Below are positions 37,938 to 51,189 of a stretch of 64,000 nucleotides of DNA, piece after piece. The stretch spans positions 248,001 through 312,000 of the forward strand of contig NC_043006.1 of NCBI RefSeq assembly GCF_006345805.1, written 5' to 3'. A program made the position numbers and the translations under genes. The DNA comes from Octopus sinensis (lineage: Eukaryota). Under the pieces are notes generated by a model that searched no databases, was not told where the DNA came from, and saw only the letters and a list, made by a program, of their open reading frames with translations. Every line of letters begins with the position of its first letter. Within the stretch, counting starts at the first letter, position 1.

Positions 37938-40900
37938 GGTAAATGTGATGTGAAATGAAGCTAAATTAAAGAGTTCATAGCGTATTCTGATCTGCTTGCC
38001 ACACTGCACCTAACAACAAATGGTCAACCGTCTGAACCAACAAAGAACCTCTATCCAGCTGTTCAACCAGCTAGAAAGAGAAGCCAAACATCCATAAAAA
38101 TCATGCGTTGTCACAGCACATTGCTGCAACTACCATTTGTATTTGCTTGGGTCTTTTCGACCCTTTAGAATTGGAATTTTTGAAAAGTAAATATTTTGCA
38201 TTATGTAGCTTGTTATTCTCTTTGAGTGAACATTTTTCTGGTTGAAATACACAGAAAAATGGCGACACAGCAGTAAAAAAATCGTAAAAAATAGAGATTT
38301 TCATAGGAAAAAAGCACCTTTTTGATGTAAATAATTTTTGGTGTTAACATGGTCCGATTTGAATTTTTTCTTCTACGGAATGAAGAGCAAGCCTTCTTCT
38401 ATCATACTCTCAATTTTGGTCAACTTGTGCCACAGGGTCTCGGAGGAGATAGTGTTAGTTGAAGCCTACCAAACCTGCCACACACAGACAACTTCAGCTT
38501 TATATATAAAGATTTAATATTAAATTCAGAAAGTTTGCAAAATACAACTCACGACCTTACAATCGTGAACTGAATACCCTAACCACTAAGCCAGGCGCCT
38601 TCACTATGAAATAGTTGAATGTACATTAAATTCAAGGTAGGTAGCAATACTCATTAATGCAAGCAGGCCAGGTGAAGAGTATGCCAGTGCCTAAATAGTT
38701 GTTTGATAAGATAGAAAGAAAAGGTAACGAATGTCAATATAGTGTTTCTCGTGTGGAGAATAGTAAGAGTAGCATTTAAGCAGGAATGGAATTAGATATG
38801 CGCATATGAGACTTCATAGCACAGGCCTCAGCCTATGAAGCCAGGGACATCTGCGACGTCCTATTGATACTCTGAACTCATTATCAAAATTGTATGCAAT
38901 GTTGTTTCATAGTGACCTCAGAGGGGTTTTTCAAAAAATTCCATCCCCTTTCCCTTAGGAATATTTCTTCCAACATGTAAGATGACGAGCTGGCAGAATT
39001 GTAAGTATGCCAAGCAAAATTCTTAGCGGCATTTTGTACATCCTTATGTTCTGAGTTCAAATTCTGCCAAGGTCAACTTTGCCTTTCATCATTTCGGGGT
39101 CAATAAAATAAGTACCAGTTGAACACTGGGGTCGATGTAATCAACTTACCCCCTTTCCCCGAAATTGCTGGCCTTGTGTCATAATTTGAAACCAGATTAG
39201 TGATTACTTACATACACACTCACACGCAACCATACATGTGCATACACACATTCATATACACTGGTTAATAACCACATACTTCCTTACATTTTAGTAATTT
39301 ACATAATTTGAAACCGATATTTCTTCCAACACAGATACCACAGATTCCCTATCATAGGTCTCTAAGAACTTCCCAGGTGTAAAATATTGACTCTGGTGCT
39401 GTAAATTATACCATTTATCCCCCCCCTACACACACAAACACACTTCAAATCATCTTATTAATGTCTCCTAACACCTCCTCTTCCTCCTTCTCCTCCCTGG
39501 CCCATTTCCATTTCCCCAACTGCTTTCAAAACTGATATTCACCAATGATCATGCCTCCACCCGTCTACCCCATTCACTACATCCATCTCAATTCTCATCT
39601 CTAACCATCCTTTCACACTCTCCTACCCACCCACTCTTTCTCTATCCTCTCTTTTATATTCACCTTGTACCTTGAGTGTATACTCTCTCCATCTTCTCTC
39701 TTTCCAGCTGGAGAAGCTATGTATCTCCTCTTCGGTTAAACATCAGTTCCTCTCTCTCTCTCTCTCTCTCTCTCATTCTTCTAATTCCCTCAAAACTATA
39801 CCTTCACTACTTAGTTGAGGAATTATGTCTTGCAAGTTACTTGGTGACCTTATTAGCAATGGTACTACAAAAAGCAGTACCCAGGTACACTCTGTAAAGT
39901 AGTTGGCTTTAGAAATGGCATCCAGCTGTAGAAACTAGGCCAAAGGAAACATCGGAGCACAGCACGGTTCTCTTGCTTACCAGTTCCTTCCAAACTGTCC
40001 AACTCATAGCAGCATAGAAAACAGACATTAAATGATGCTGATGATGATGATAAAGTAAAGCAATGTATCATTTGATTTTATTTACAGAACAAGGACTCAA
40101 TAATTCCAGACATTTTGTCCTTTCTACACATAAATTTCCTTAAGAATGTATATTTTCCAAAAAGTATTGAGGAAGATCACAAGCTGTGTAATAGAGAAGC
40201 AATATAACATTCTACTCATAAACTAATCATAAATAAAGTTTATAAAGAGAATGGTTACATTAGGAGTATAGAGGAGAAAGTGAAAATATAGCAGTCAGTT
40301 TGCTTCCCAACCACATGGTTTCAGGTTCAGTCCCACTGTGTGGCACCTTGAGCAAGAGTCTTCTACTAAAGCCCCAAGATGATCAAAGCCTTGCAAGTAG
40401 GTTTGTAGACAAAAACTGAAAGAAACTTATATATGTGTGCCGCTTCACTGGCACGTGTAAAAAGATTCGAGCGAGGTGAATGCCAGTACCACCTGACTGG
40501 CCCCCATGCCAGTGGCACGTAAAAAGCACCCACTACACTCTCGGAGTGGTTGGCGTTAGGAAGGGCATCCAGCTGTAGAATCCCTGCCAGATCAAGACTG
40601 GAGCCTGGTGCAGCTATCTGGTTCGCCAGCCCTCAGTCAAATCGTCCAACCCATGCTAGCATGGAAAGCGGACGTTAAACGATGATGATGATATATATAC
40701 AAAAGTAAGTATATAAATGCAAAACAAGGTGGGAAAAAATAGTACTCAAATACCAAAGGTAGAGTAATTTGCTTTTTTATAAAAGCTGCAAAAACATCAC
40801 AAAACCTATTCAGAGTTTCACGTTTCCATTCGTTGGACAGTTGTGATGAAGACTGGAATAAAACTGTGATGGTACATGTAATCTATGATTTGATAAAAAT

Positions 40901-41471
40901 TCAATTTGATGAATAAACATTTGAATTCGATTGGGTAACTTATTCTCAAAACAATATTTGCTAACAGTTGGGTGGGTTGGGGGTCTATAAACTGAACAGT
41001 AAAATATTCATAAAAAAACATATATCTATTTATATGTCTCACCGGGCCCCTGTGCCGGTGGCACGTAAAAAGCACCATCTGATCGTGGCCGTTGCCAGCC
41101 TCGCCTGGCCCCCGTGCTGGTGGCACGTAAAAAGCACCATCCGTCCGTGGCCGTTTGCCAGCTCCATCTGACACCTGTGCGGATAGCACGTAAAAAGCAC
41201 CCACTACACTCACAGAGTGGTTGACGTTAGGAAGGGCATCCAGCTGTAGAAACACTGCCAGATCAGACTGGAGCCTGGTGCAGTCTCCAGGCTTCCCAGA
41301 CCCCAGTTGAACCGTCCAACCCATGCTAGCACGGAAAGCGGACGCTAAACGATGAGAAGGTTTGGAGATGATGTACAGGTATTTTATATTAGAAGAAATG
41401 ACGTACTCAGAAATTCAGATGGTTTTATATTTACAGATATTTATTTGTATATTACATGTTTTTATACATCA

Positions 41472-41984
41472 CTAGCAGTATTGCCCGGCGTTGCTCAGGT
41501 TTGTAAGGGAAATAACTATATAAGCATTTTTAGAGAGTTACTTCCCTTATAGATGCCAATTCGGGCTTTCTTAGCCATTTCTGTTTTGGTGTCTTCAAGC
41601 CATGAAGTCGTTGTTCTAAAAGAACGCTGGTCTCCTTGACAACGCTTTACGACGTTGATTTCCTTACACTCCCTTCCCCACAGCTTCACGAGGGAGGGAA
41701 GAAGGGGGAGAAGCAAACAGGTGCAGGTGTGACCATGGACGCCAACTCCACCGCCATCGACACACGAAAAATTATGCATTAAAATAGAATAAAAAATTAT
41801 GTTAAATTATTTTTAAAATCGTAGACTCATTGTAGATGCGCGCTAATACCCAGACGGGCTCGATATTAATCACGACTATAAGATACCCGAATTTGGTTAA
41901 ACTGCACCGCAAAGTGTGGGAGGAGTTAGGAATCTAAATCGAAGGGGACAGACACTCACACAACTACAGTTTTATATATATAGA
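41472..41984 (-). mobile_element. Non-autonomous Helitron, same ends as 28796-29296 but different interior; other partial Helitron ends near 38512 (-) and 57516 (+)
   Basis: A|TC start, GCAACGCCGGG hairpin and CTAG|T end. Confidence 0.8.
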
Positions 41985-42419
41985 TATATCATATATCAGC
42001 GCTTTCGTCCATTCTAGTGGAGTCTTCAAATTGAACTATTTATATATATATATATATATATATATGTGTTTGTGTTTGTGTGTGTGTGAGTGTGTATACT
42101 TGTCTCACCTTGTCTTGACATCAAAGTGATAGTTGTAAATGACAGTCATACAAGCTTTCATTTATTTTCAGTATTCTGTAAAAGCATATCTGGACACAGG
42201 AAAATGTTACCTTGATGTGTGAAAGGAAGCAGAAAGTTGCCTCAACAAATTCCATCCGACCTATGCAAGCTTATTTTATCAACCCCTTTCATCCTTTCGG
42301 GGTAGATCAAATAAGTACCAGTCAAGCACCGAGATCAACGTAATCAACTTAACCACCTCCCAATATTGCTGGCCTTGTACCAAAATTTGAAATTATTATT
42401 ATTATTATTATTATTATTA

Positions 42420-42818
42420 CTGCTCTTTACTCTTTCATTTGTTTCAATCAATTGACTGCGGCCATGCTGGAGCACCATCTTTAGTCGAGCAAATCGACCC
42501 CAGGACTTATTCTTTGTAAGCCTAGTACTTATTCTATCAGTCTCTTTTGCCGAACTGCCAAGTTACGGGGACATAAACACACCAGCATCGGTTGTCAAGT
42601 GATGTTGGGAGGACAAACAGACACACAAACACACACAGACACATATATATATACATATACACGACAGGCTTCTTTCAGTTTCCGTCTACCAACTCCACTC
42701 ACAAGGCTTTGGTCAGCCCGAGGCTATGGTAGAAGACACTTGCCCAAGGTGCCACGCAGTGGGACTGAACCCGGAACCATGTGGTTGGTAAGCAAGCTAC
42801 CTACCACACAGCCACTCA
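42420..42818 (-). mobile_element. SINE family A; a further copy at 56530-56912 (-)
   Basis: Reverse complement of 18335-18752. Confidence 0.88.
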
Positions 42819-43519
42819 GTGTAACCTAAGTTGTTGTAGCACTTCCCTTTACCCTACATTAAGTGCGTTAGGCCCTGACTTAATTAAGGCAAAGAAACTC
42901 TCCTGAAGACCAGTAACAGGAAACAGACTCAACATGCAGACTCAACTTCAAATAATATTATTCCACACTGCCTAATAGTATTGAGTGCTCTGCTTCATTG
43001 CCTTCCACAGCAGTGTGAAACTACCAGCAACTATAATCCAGGCAATGGTATTTTATAACTTCTTTGGTCACAGTCAGAAATATTATATTACCTTAATTGT
43101 AATATATCTAGTGAAACAACTTTGTTAGTAGAAATCTGATATAACTTCACTGGTTTGTATACGCCCAATCAAAGATATTCTACAACTTTGTTAGTTTGTA
43201 CCCGGAACCATGTGGTTGGTAAGAAAGCTACTTACCACACAGCCACTCCTATGCCTTGACAAGACTTTGATATATTCATCTATTTTACTGCAAACCTTGA
43301 ACAAATAACTGACCCATTATAGCAAAATCCAAAGGTCAAGATGTCGAAAGAAAATAACCCAGTATTCATCAGACTCAAATGTCAATAGTTATTTGTCTAT
43401 TTAATAATATTCAGTTTATTGTATACAGATGCATCACAACTTGTTGGAAAAGGTTAAAAGATGAGACAAAAAGCAGACATACAAGTAAAGGATGACAGTA
43501 TATTCATGTTCATGTGAAG

Positions 43520-43925
43520 AGCACAAGGTGGGCGGGCAGGCCACCTTGAGTGAAAGCCTGACATACAACTCTCCAAGAGACTGTTTTATAGTGAACTGGC
43601 AAAAGGCAAGTGCACACAAGGTGGACAGAAAAATGCTTCTGGGACACACTGAAAGCCTCACTGAAGAGCTTTGGGATCAACCCCTGCACAAGGCCGTCCT
43701 GCCTAGTGAAGATGAATCAAAAGAGGTGCTACCTTCTACAAACAGAACAGGACTGTAAGGGCAGAAAAAACCATGCAAATACAGAGCCAGTTCCTTGTCT
43801 TCAGTTCCAAAGCTGTAGCAGAGCCTTCCAGGCATGCATCAGACTGACTGGCCACAGCTGGACACACTGTGCTCCATCGTCTCCCATGTAATGTTCTTCC
43901 CCATCGTCGACAACAACGGACAAGC
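43520..43925 (+). mobile_element. Degenerate RTE (BovB-like) LINE 3' fragment, a different family from the 19-22 kb and 51-54 kb copies
   Basis: KRLFYSELAKGKCTQGGQKKCFWDTLKASLKSFGINP..CSRAFQACIRLTGHSWTH. Confidence 0.75.
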
Positions 43926-43973
43926 TAATAATTTATGTTTGTGTTGGTATTTATAGTAGTATAAATATATATA

Positions 43974-44812
43974 CAGGTTGCAGGGAATAAATTATTGCCT
44001 AAATTACGCAAAAATGAAAATAATACTGACATCTCATTTTAACAGATATGTTAACCACAATTACATAAAAATATCTTGAAATACTAAAGAGTAAATGTAT
44101 CCAATAAAATCGCCATTGGCTTCAACCACGGCCTCCAGACGACTTCAGAATCTCCTGCAACAATTCTGGGTGGTCTCCTTGTTTAAGTTGGGGAATGCTG
44201 CCATAATCCCTTCCTTCTGTTCATCTTTGGTGTTACAAGGAGTTTTGTTGGTCTCTCGCTCAACTACGACCCGCACATAATAACCAAGAGACTTGCAGTC
44301 TGGGAAGTTAGGTGGCCAGATGTTAGGGGTGATGTGGTCGCAGAAATTGTCTGACAGCCAAGATTGGGTTCTCATGCTTGTGTGACATGGTGTAGAGTCC
44401 TGTTGCGAGACATAGGGTCTTCCAGCAACTACTCTCTTGACCCAGGGTAGGACTATCTCCTCCAGGCACTTGATGTAATTCTCCGTGTTGAGTCTGAGTC
44501 CATGTGGAAAGATGAATGGAGGCATAACAGCGAAAATCATCATCATCATCATCATTTAACGTCCGTTTTCCATGCTAGCATGGGTTGGACGGTTCGACCG
44601 GGGTCTGGGAAGCCAGGAGGCTGCACCAGCTCCAGTCTGATCTGGCAGTGTTTCTACAGCTGGATGCCCTTCCTAATGTCAACCACTCTGTGAGTATAGT
44701 AGGTGCTTTTTACGTGCCACCGGCACAGGGGCCAGGGGAGGCTGGCATCGGTCACGTTCAGATGGTGCTTTATAAAAATATATAATAGCGACAATTTACC
44801 CATCGCACCCTG
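43974..44812 (-). mobile_element. Internally deleted maT/DD37D transposon with both (imperfect) TIRs, interrupted by an RTE-tail element (~44518-44772)
   Basis: QQDSTPCH..WPPNFPDCKSLGYY: 37 residues separate the second catalytic D from the expected third D position. Confidence 0.8.
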
Positions 44813-45925
44813 TTTACAAATATACATAAAACATACACACAGTATATATTTGCGAATGTGTATGTAAATGCTTCCCTTCAAATGGTTTCCTCGGTGACTG
44901 CTTCAGGTGAAAGTCCTAAGTCCTGACATATCAGTCACTCACATCTGAGCACAGTTTCTTGTGATTATAAGCCAACGAATGTGATTACAGAACTCCACAA
45001 GTGCACATGTATATTTAATTATAGAGTAGCATCTTTAAAACATTTCGTTTCACCAATTTTAGAAAATCCCTTCGTTCTCTCTGTCTATCTATCTATCTAT
45101 CTATTTATCTATCAAGCGTGCGCGATAGAAGATCTTACAAACGCTTATCCAAACAATGTTTAAAAATGTGCAATCTTCCTATACAAGTTAATATTTCCAA
45201 AAGAATAGTTTCGTTCTCCCGACTTTTTGGTGGACCCTACATATTGCTTGTACAGGTGACCAGAAAGCCGAGTGAAGAAAACTGTCTTTAGAAATGTAAC
45301 CCTGTTTACGTCAGGCTACAGACACACACAAACACACAATGTTACTGGGTCAATCTAAATAAACTATGACACTACCATAGCATTGAGTACTTCTTCAACA
45401 GGTTGTTATAAACTACTTCGAACAACTAAGTCCGGCAGAGCACTTTAGAGGAGCAGAAACCATTCAGCCCTCCGTCTCAAAATCGAAAGACACCCGATTT
45501 AGAAAACAAAATATTGTTTTGCTCACCAGAAAACTCTAAACTAAGCAACTCACAGACGAAACGAAGAGTGTGGTTAGATGAATATAGTGGAAAACTTACA
45601 AGATCCACTCAATTTCTGGCTGTGGAACCAGGAAGAGAACGGGTTAACTCTAAAATAACGGGCATCTGGATCAACTTAAACATGTAAACTAATAAACTAT
45701 TTTATGGCAATGAGTAATATTTTTCCTCGTTCGTTATAAAAGAACATGTGTGTGTGTATTGAAACTAACTAAAGGAAAACAACTTAGTACATAATTGTAT
45801 ATATATCTTTTATTCGGCTGAAAAGTTACTTAAAAGAGACCCACGGATGGAAATTTCGTGCAGACTAAATACAATGAATGAAGCTCTCGGGTTTTGTGTC
45901 ACTAATAGAACTTGACAGCCGAATC

Positions 45926-46397
<472 letters not shown>

Positions 46398-46587
46398 TTC
46401 CTGATCAGCAGTATACACGAAAATTAAACTAGTTACGTAAATGTATTCAAATATATTTATATATTTAATTCTTCTCGGATGAATTGAAGAGTGGGACAGA
46501 TAGCAATAAAATACGATAAAACAAAGGTAATAATAATCATAATAATGATAATTAAGGTAAAAAAAAATAACAAACTGTAGTCCTTAC

Positions 46588-46659
46588 CGTTGTCAAACAT
46601 CTGCTCATGGCACCGGAATGGGACAGAATTCTTCCCAACCTGAGAACTCTGAAGGCCAT
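46588..46659 (-). CDS. LDHD: LDHD coding exon 1, mitochondrial transit peptide (MAFRVLRLGRILSHSGAMSRCLTT)
   Basis: AAAAATGG start context; Arg/Leu/Ser-rich with no acidic residues; GTAAGG donor; phase 0 joins exon 2 in frame. A possible acceptor lies at 46681. Confidence 0.8.
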
Positions 46660-46791
46660 TTTTGAAAAGTTTCTAATTCACTAGAAAAACAAAAGAAGGA
46701 AATATCAAGTTTTGAATAAGCTAAATGCTAAAAAAAAATCGAAAGAATAGCAAATTAGGCTCGTTTGCTGAGGTAAATATTGGTTGTTTAC

Positions 46792-46900
46792 CTGAGACGA
46801 GATGGTAAATTAAATGTCTTGGATCTGTTTCAGAATAAACAAAGTCAAGGACAAAAACTGCGCAGGGGAGATAATCAGTGACGAAAACAAGTCTTGACGC
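46792..46900 (-). other. Possible non-coding 5' UTR exon of LDHD (donor CTCAG|GTAAAC, 111-nt intron 46681-46791)
   Basis: Splice-site motifs only; the 5' boundary is a guess. Confidence 0.4.
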
Positions 46901-47061
46901 CCACCACAGGACCTGGAGTGAAATGTTTGCTTCTTCACATTTGGTTATCTTAGCCAACTGCCTGTTTTAGCCAACAATTTGGCATGCACGCACATAACCA
47001 CCCCACACACACATGCACACACGCACACATACATATATATATACACACTTATGTGTGTGTA

Positions 47062-47098
<37 letters not shown>

Positions 47099-47099
47099 G

Positions 47100-47140
<41 letters not shown>

Positions 47141-47274
47141 CCAGACAGACAGACAGATAGATAAATAGATAGATACATAGACAGACAGACAGACAGATAG
47201 ATAAACAGATAGATACATAGACAGACAGACAGACAGATAGATAAATAGATAGATACATAGATAGACAGACAGAC

Positions 47275-47309
<35 letters not shown>

Positions 47310-47314
47310 GAGAG

Positions 47315-48300
47315 GACTGGCAAACCAGATGGCTGCACGAGGCCCCAATTTGATTTGGCAGGGTTTCTACAGCCAGATGCTCTTCCTAACATCAAGCACT
47401 CCGAGAGTGTAGTGGGTGCTTTTACGTATCACTGGCACGGGTGCCAGTCAGGCGGCACTGGCATTGGCCACGCTTGAATGGTGCTTTTGATTCTACTTAA
47501 ATATAGAGGTCCCTTAACTGCACCACTTAAATACCGGTGCTATGTACAAAACATTTTAAATGTACACTGTGTGGACGTGTAATGACACCCAAACCCTAAC
47601 TCTAACTAACCCTAACCCTAACTAATTCTAAAACTACCCCCCACCTTAATATCATTATGTTGATGCATTGGGACCTCTGTATTTAAGTAGTGCCGTGCTT
47701 TTTACTTACCACTGACAAGGTACCAGTCAGGCAACACTGGCATTGGTCACGCTCAAATGGTGCATTTTACGTGCCACCGATTTGGTTGCCAGTTAGGCGG
47801 CACTGACATTAGTCACACTCAAATGGTGCATTTTATGTTCCACTGACGCACATGCCAGTCAGGTTATACTGGCATTGGCCACACTCAAATGGTGCATATT
47901 ATGTGCCACCTGCACGGGTGTCAGTCAGGCGGCACTGGCATCGTTCACGCTTGAATGGTGCTTTTTATATACCACCAGCATGGATGCCTGTCAGGCGGCA
48001 CTGACATTGGCCACACTCAAATGGTGCTCTTTACATCCCACCGGCACAGGTGCCAGTCAGGCAGCACTGGCATTGGCCTTGACTACAACTTCACTTGGTT
48101 CAACAGGACTTCGCAAGCATGGCATATTGCCCAACAATTGAAGGGTGCTTTTAAACAGGTCGATTATGCAACACTGGCATTGGCCATGACTATGCTCTCA
48201 CTTGGCTTGCCAGGTCTTCTCAAGCACGGCCAGTCACCTATCATTGCCTCTAGGAGGCTCAACGTTTGAAGGTTGTGCTTCACCACCTCATCCCAGGTCT
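47315..48300 (-). mobile_element. RTE 3' end with about 8 diverged 62-66-bp units, interrupted by a MITE
   Basis: Units such as GGCACTGGCATTGGCCACGCTTGAATGGTGC; ends in RPRKTWDEVVKHNLQTL. Confidence 0.85.
47489..47694. mobile_element. MITE with 21-bp inverted repeats and internal telomere-like CCCTAA repeats
   Basis: CTACTTAAATATAGAGGTCCC (47493-47513) / GGGACCTCTGTATTTAAGTAG (47670-47690); GTGCTTTT on both flanks. Confidence 0.75.
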
Positions 48301-48309
48301 TCCTGGGTC

Positions 48310-49560
48310 TCCTTCTGCAACGTGAGTTGGTCACAATACAGAGGTGAGCTGGGGAAAATAACATGCAGTTTAATGCTGGAAAATTCCAAGCCCCACCCCT
48401 ACCAACACAAGAAGCTCAATGGAAAGCAGATAGGATACACTGACCGACAAGGGATTCTAATCCCTGAATCAAAATCACTGCATTACCTGGGCATTAACAG
48501 GAGTGATGATGCATCTTTGCAGGTGCACATTACAGAGCTGGCAGTAAAATGCAGATGTCTGGAAGCAGAGATCCTTCAAACTTTCAAGATAAGAGGAAAG
48601 TAAACCAAGACAGTCATCTAGAGGTCTTTTGTTCTCGGCTGTCTGGATTACTGACCCCCATGCCGGTGGCACGTAAAAGGCACCAACCGTTCGTGGCTGT
48701 TGCCAGCCTACCCTGGCACCTAAAAAGCACCATCCATATGTGGCTGATGCCAGCGCCACCTTGACTGACTTCCGTGTCGGTGGCACATAAAAACCACCAG
48801 CCGATCGTAGCCATTGCCAGCCTCCCCTGGCACCTGTGCCGGAAGCACGTAAAAAGCACCCACTAAACTCATGGAGTGGTTGGCGTTAGGAAGGGCATCC
48901 AGCTGTCGAAACATTGCCAGTTCAGACTGGAGCCTGGTTCAGCCTCCTGGCTTACCAGACCCCGGTCGAACCGTCCAACCCGTGCTAGCATGGAAAACGG
49001 ATGTTAAACTATGATGAGGATGATGATGATGAACTATGGTCACTAAACAAGGTAAAATTAACGATGGAACTCGAGACAATCCACTGAAGCTACACAAAGA
49101 ACATTGATACAATGCAACATATCAGCTCCTGAAATAGACTGAAAGAGTTAAAATTCTACTCCCTGGAGTGAAGACAGGAAAGATATGCAATAATATCACG
49201 TGATCAGGTGACTGACCAGGCCATCAGATGTTGCCACACATCGCTGGTCACAATGCGCTTCGCCTCCACATGCAATAATATACATCTGGAAAATCCTAGA
49301 AAAACTTGTTCCAAACTTTGGTATTGTCACTTACACAAACAGACAGATGGGTCACTACTACACGGTACCAAAGGTCTCACCATTGCCGTTAGGATACAGG
49401 ACCAGATACTGCAAAAGCTTGGGCTTCAAAGGCCCACAGATCTTCAATATCCTCCCACAAAGCCTGAGAGACCTGCACAGCATGGATGTAGGATTTTTCA
49501 AAACAAAACTAGAATTCCTTCTGTCAAGGGTTCCTGATGAACTAGGCAAGAAACAAAGAT
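48310..49560 (+). mobile_element. Degenerate CR1/L2-group LINE fragments split by an RTE-tail insertion (48655-49010)
   Basis: KSLHYLGINRSDDASLQVHI; KGPQIFNILPQSLRDL..FFKTKLEFLLSRVPDE. Confidence 0.65.
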
Positions 49561-51189
49561 GAGGGTAGCGAAGTGAAAACCCACATCCACCAAATGTGAC
49601 ATATCAGAGGAGGTTTAGTGAAAGATATATAATATATATATATGGTGGTGGTGACCCCCTTCGGTCAGACACAGACCATGGGTTTGCACCTAGAGAGTTA
49701 CCCTCTGAGGCACAAGTCTGGGCAAGGTTGTTTTATGGAAGACCAGCAGTCGCCCATGCATACCGGCCTCCCCTCTCCACGTCACCGATGTTGTCCAAGG
49801 GAAAGGCAAGGGCCGATACAGCTTGGCACCTGTGACATCGCAACTCATTTCTACAGCTGAGTGAACTGGAGCAATGTGAAATAAAGTGTCTTGCTCAAGA
49901 ACACAACACGCAGCCCGGTCCGGGATTCGAGCTCACAACCTCAGGATCGTAAGCTCGATGCTCTAACCACTGTTTCAGTAAAAACAATTAAGATTCAAGT
50001 GAGTTCCAATGAATTCACATGAAAGTGGTACTTAACTTAGATGCACCAGAATTCTTTATGGTATTAACCATAAAATAAATGGTATTTGTACGTTGCCAAA
50101 AATTTTTAATTGGCTATATAGTTAATTTAATTTAATGTAATTTAATGAACCCAACTTAAATCAAATAAATTGCTAATACTTCCTAATTCTATTCTAAGTT
50201 TAATAGGTAATGCTACTCCCTTAATAATAATATAAAGTATTTTCACTATGATTTTCACTATATTTTGAATAAACCTTTTACTATAGAAATTAATTGACCT
50301 CTAGTATAGACCTAAAGTCTGTCTTACAATGTATAAACGTTTATATAAATAGAAATAATAATAATTAAATGACCTCCTGCTCTAGTGTTGCACTTAAATC
50401 TCTTAATGTATTTTCCTCTACTGATAGCCTTTGACCCCTTTGATACTTTCTTTTGTTCTCTTTATATTCTTATACCTGCCTTTAACTCTGTAGGATTGGC
50501 AGTTAATAGCTGTATGATGGTCAAAAGTAATGTTCTCTTTTATAAATTATAAATCTCAGATTCCTGCAACACTGACCTAGATTTTCTGTCACCACAGAAA
50601 TAAACTAAACCTTGTAGGTTGTGTACTTACACCCCTTCCTCCCATAATGTCCCATAATGTCCTTATTTGGGCGGTTTCTGCTTCACTGACTTCTTTTGCA
50701 ACTTCTTTTAGCCAATATAACCAATCTCTTCTTCCAACATAGTAGTTTTGTGAAACAATTAGAAGTGTGATCAACATCTTCTCATATATCAGAAAATTAC
50801 ATCTACATTATTATGGATACATTCATCTTCTCTGAGTATGAAATATCTCCTCATATCTCCAGAAATTACACCTGCATTATTATGGATGGATTTATCTTTT
50901 CTGTGAAGCCAACAAACTTTTTTTAAAAAACCTTTTATAAAACTGTGCATCATTAGAGAACTTTTGAAGTCTGCTTACAATCTAACTTTGCTTTTCATAG
51001 AACTCTCTTCGATACTTCATGAGTGTAGCCTCACCCCCTAGGATGTTTGGAAAACTCATATGTGTTTTGGCTGATGAATACGGGACACTTGTATTTGCTG
51101 CAATATTTGCAGCTTTTAATAAAGCTGTTCTTCGTATGAAACAATTGCACTGAACAACTAATCCATTCTTGTTGCTTTTTTCTAGTATA

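Noticed and set aside
42898-42935. CTGAAGA..GGAAAC hammerhead-like motif
   Set aside because: No stem I or stem III complementarity; probably chance.
47590-47626. Telomere or chromosome-end signature
   Set aside because: Only a few degenerate CCCTAA units, enclosed within MITE TIRs.
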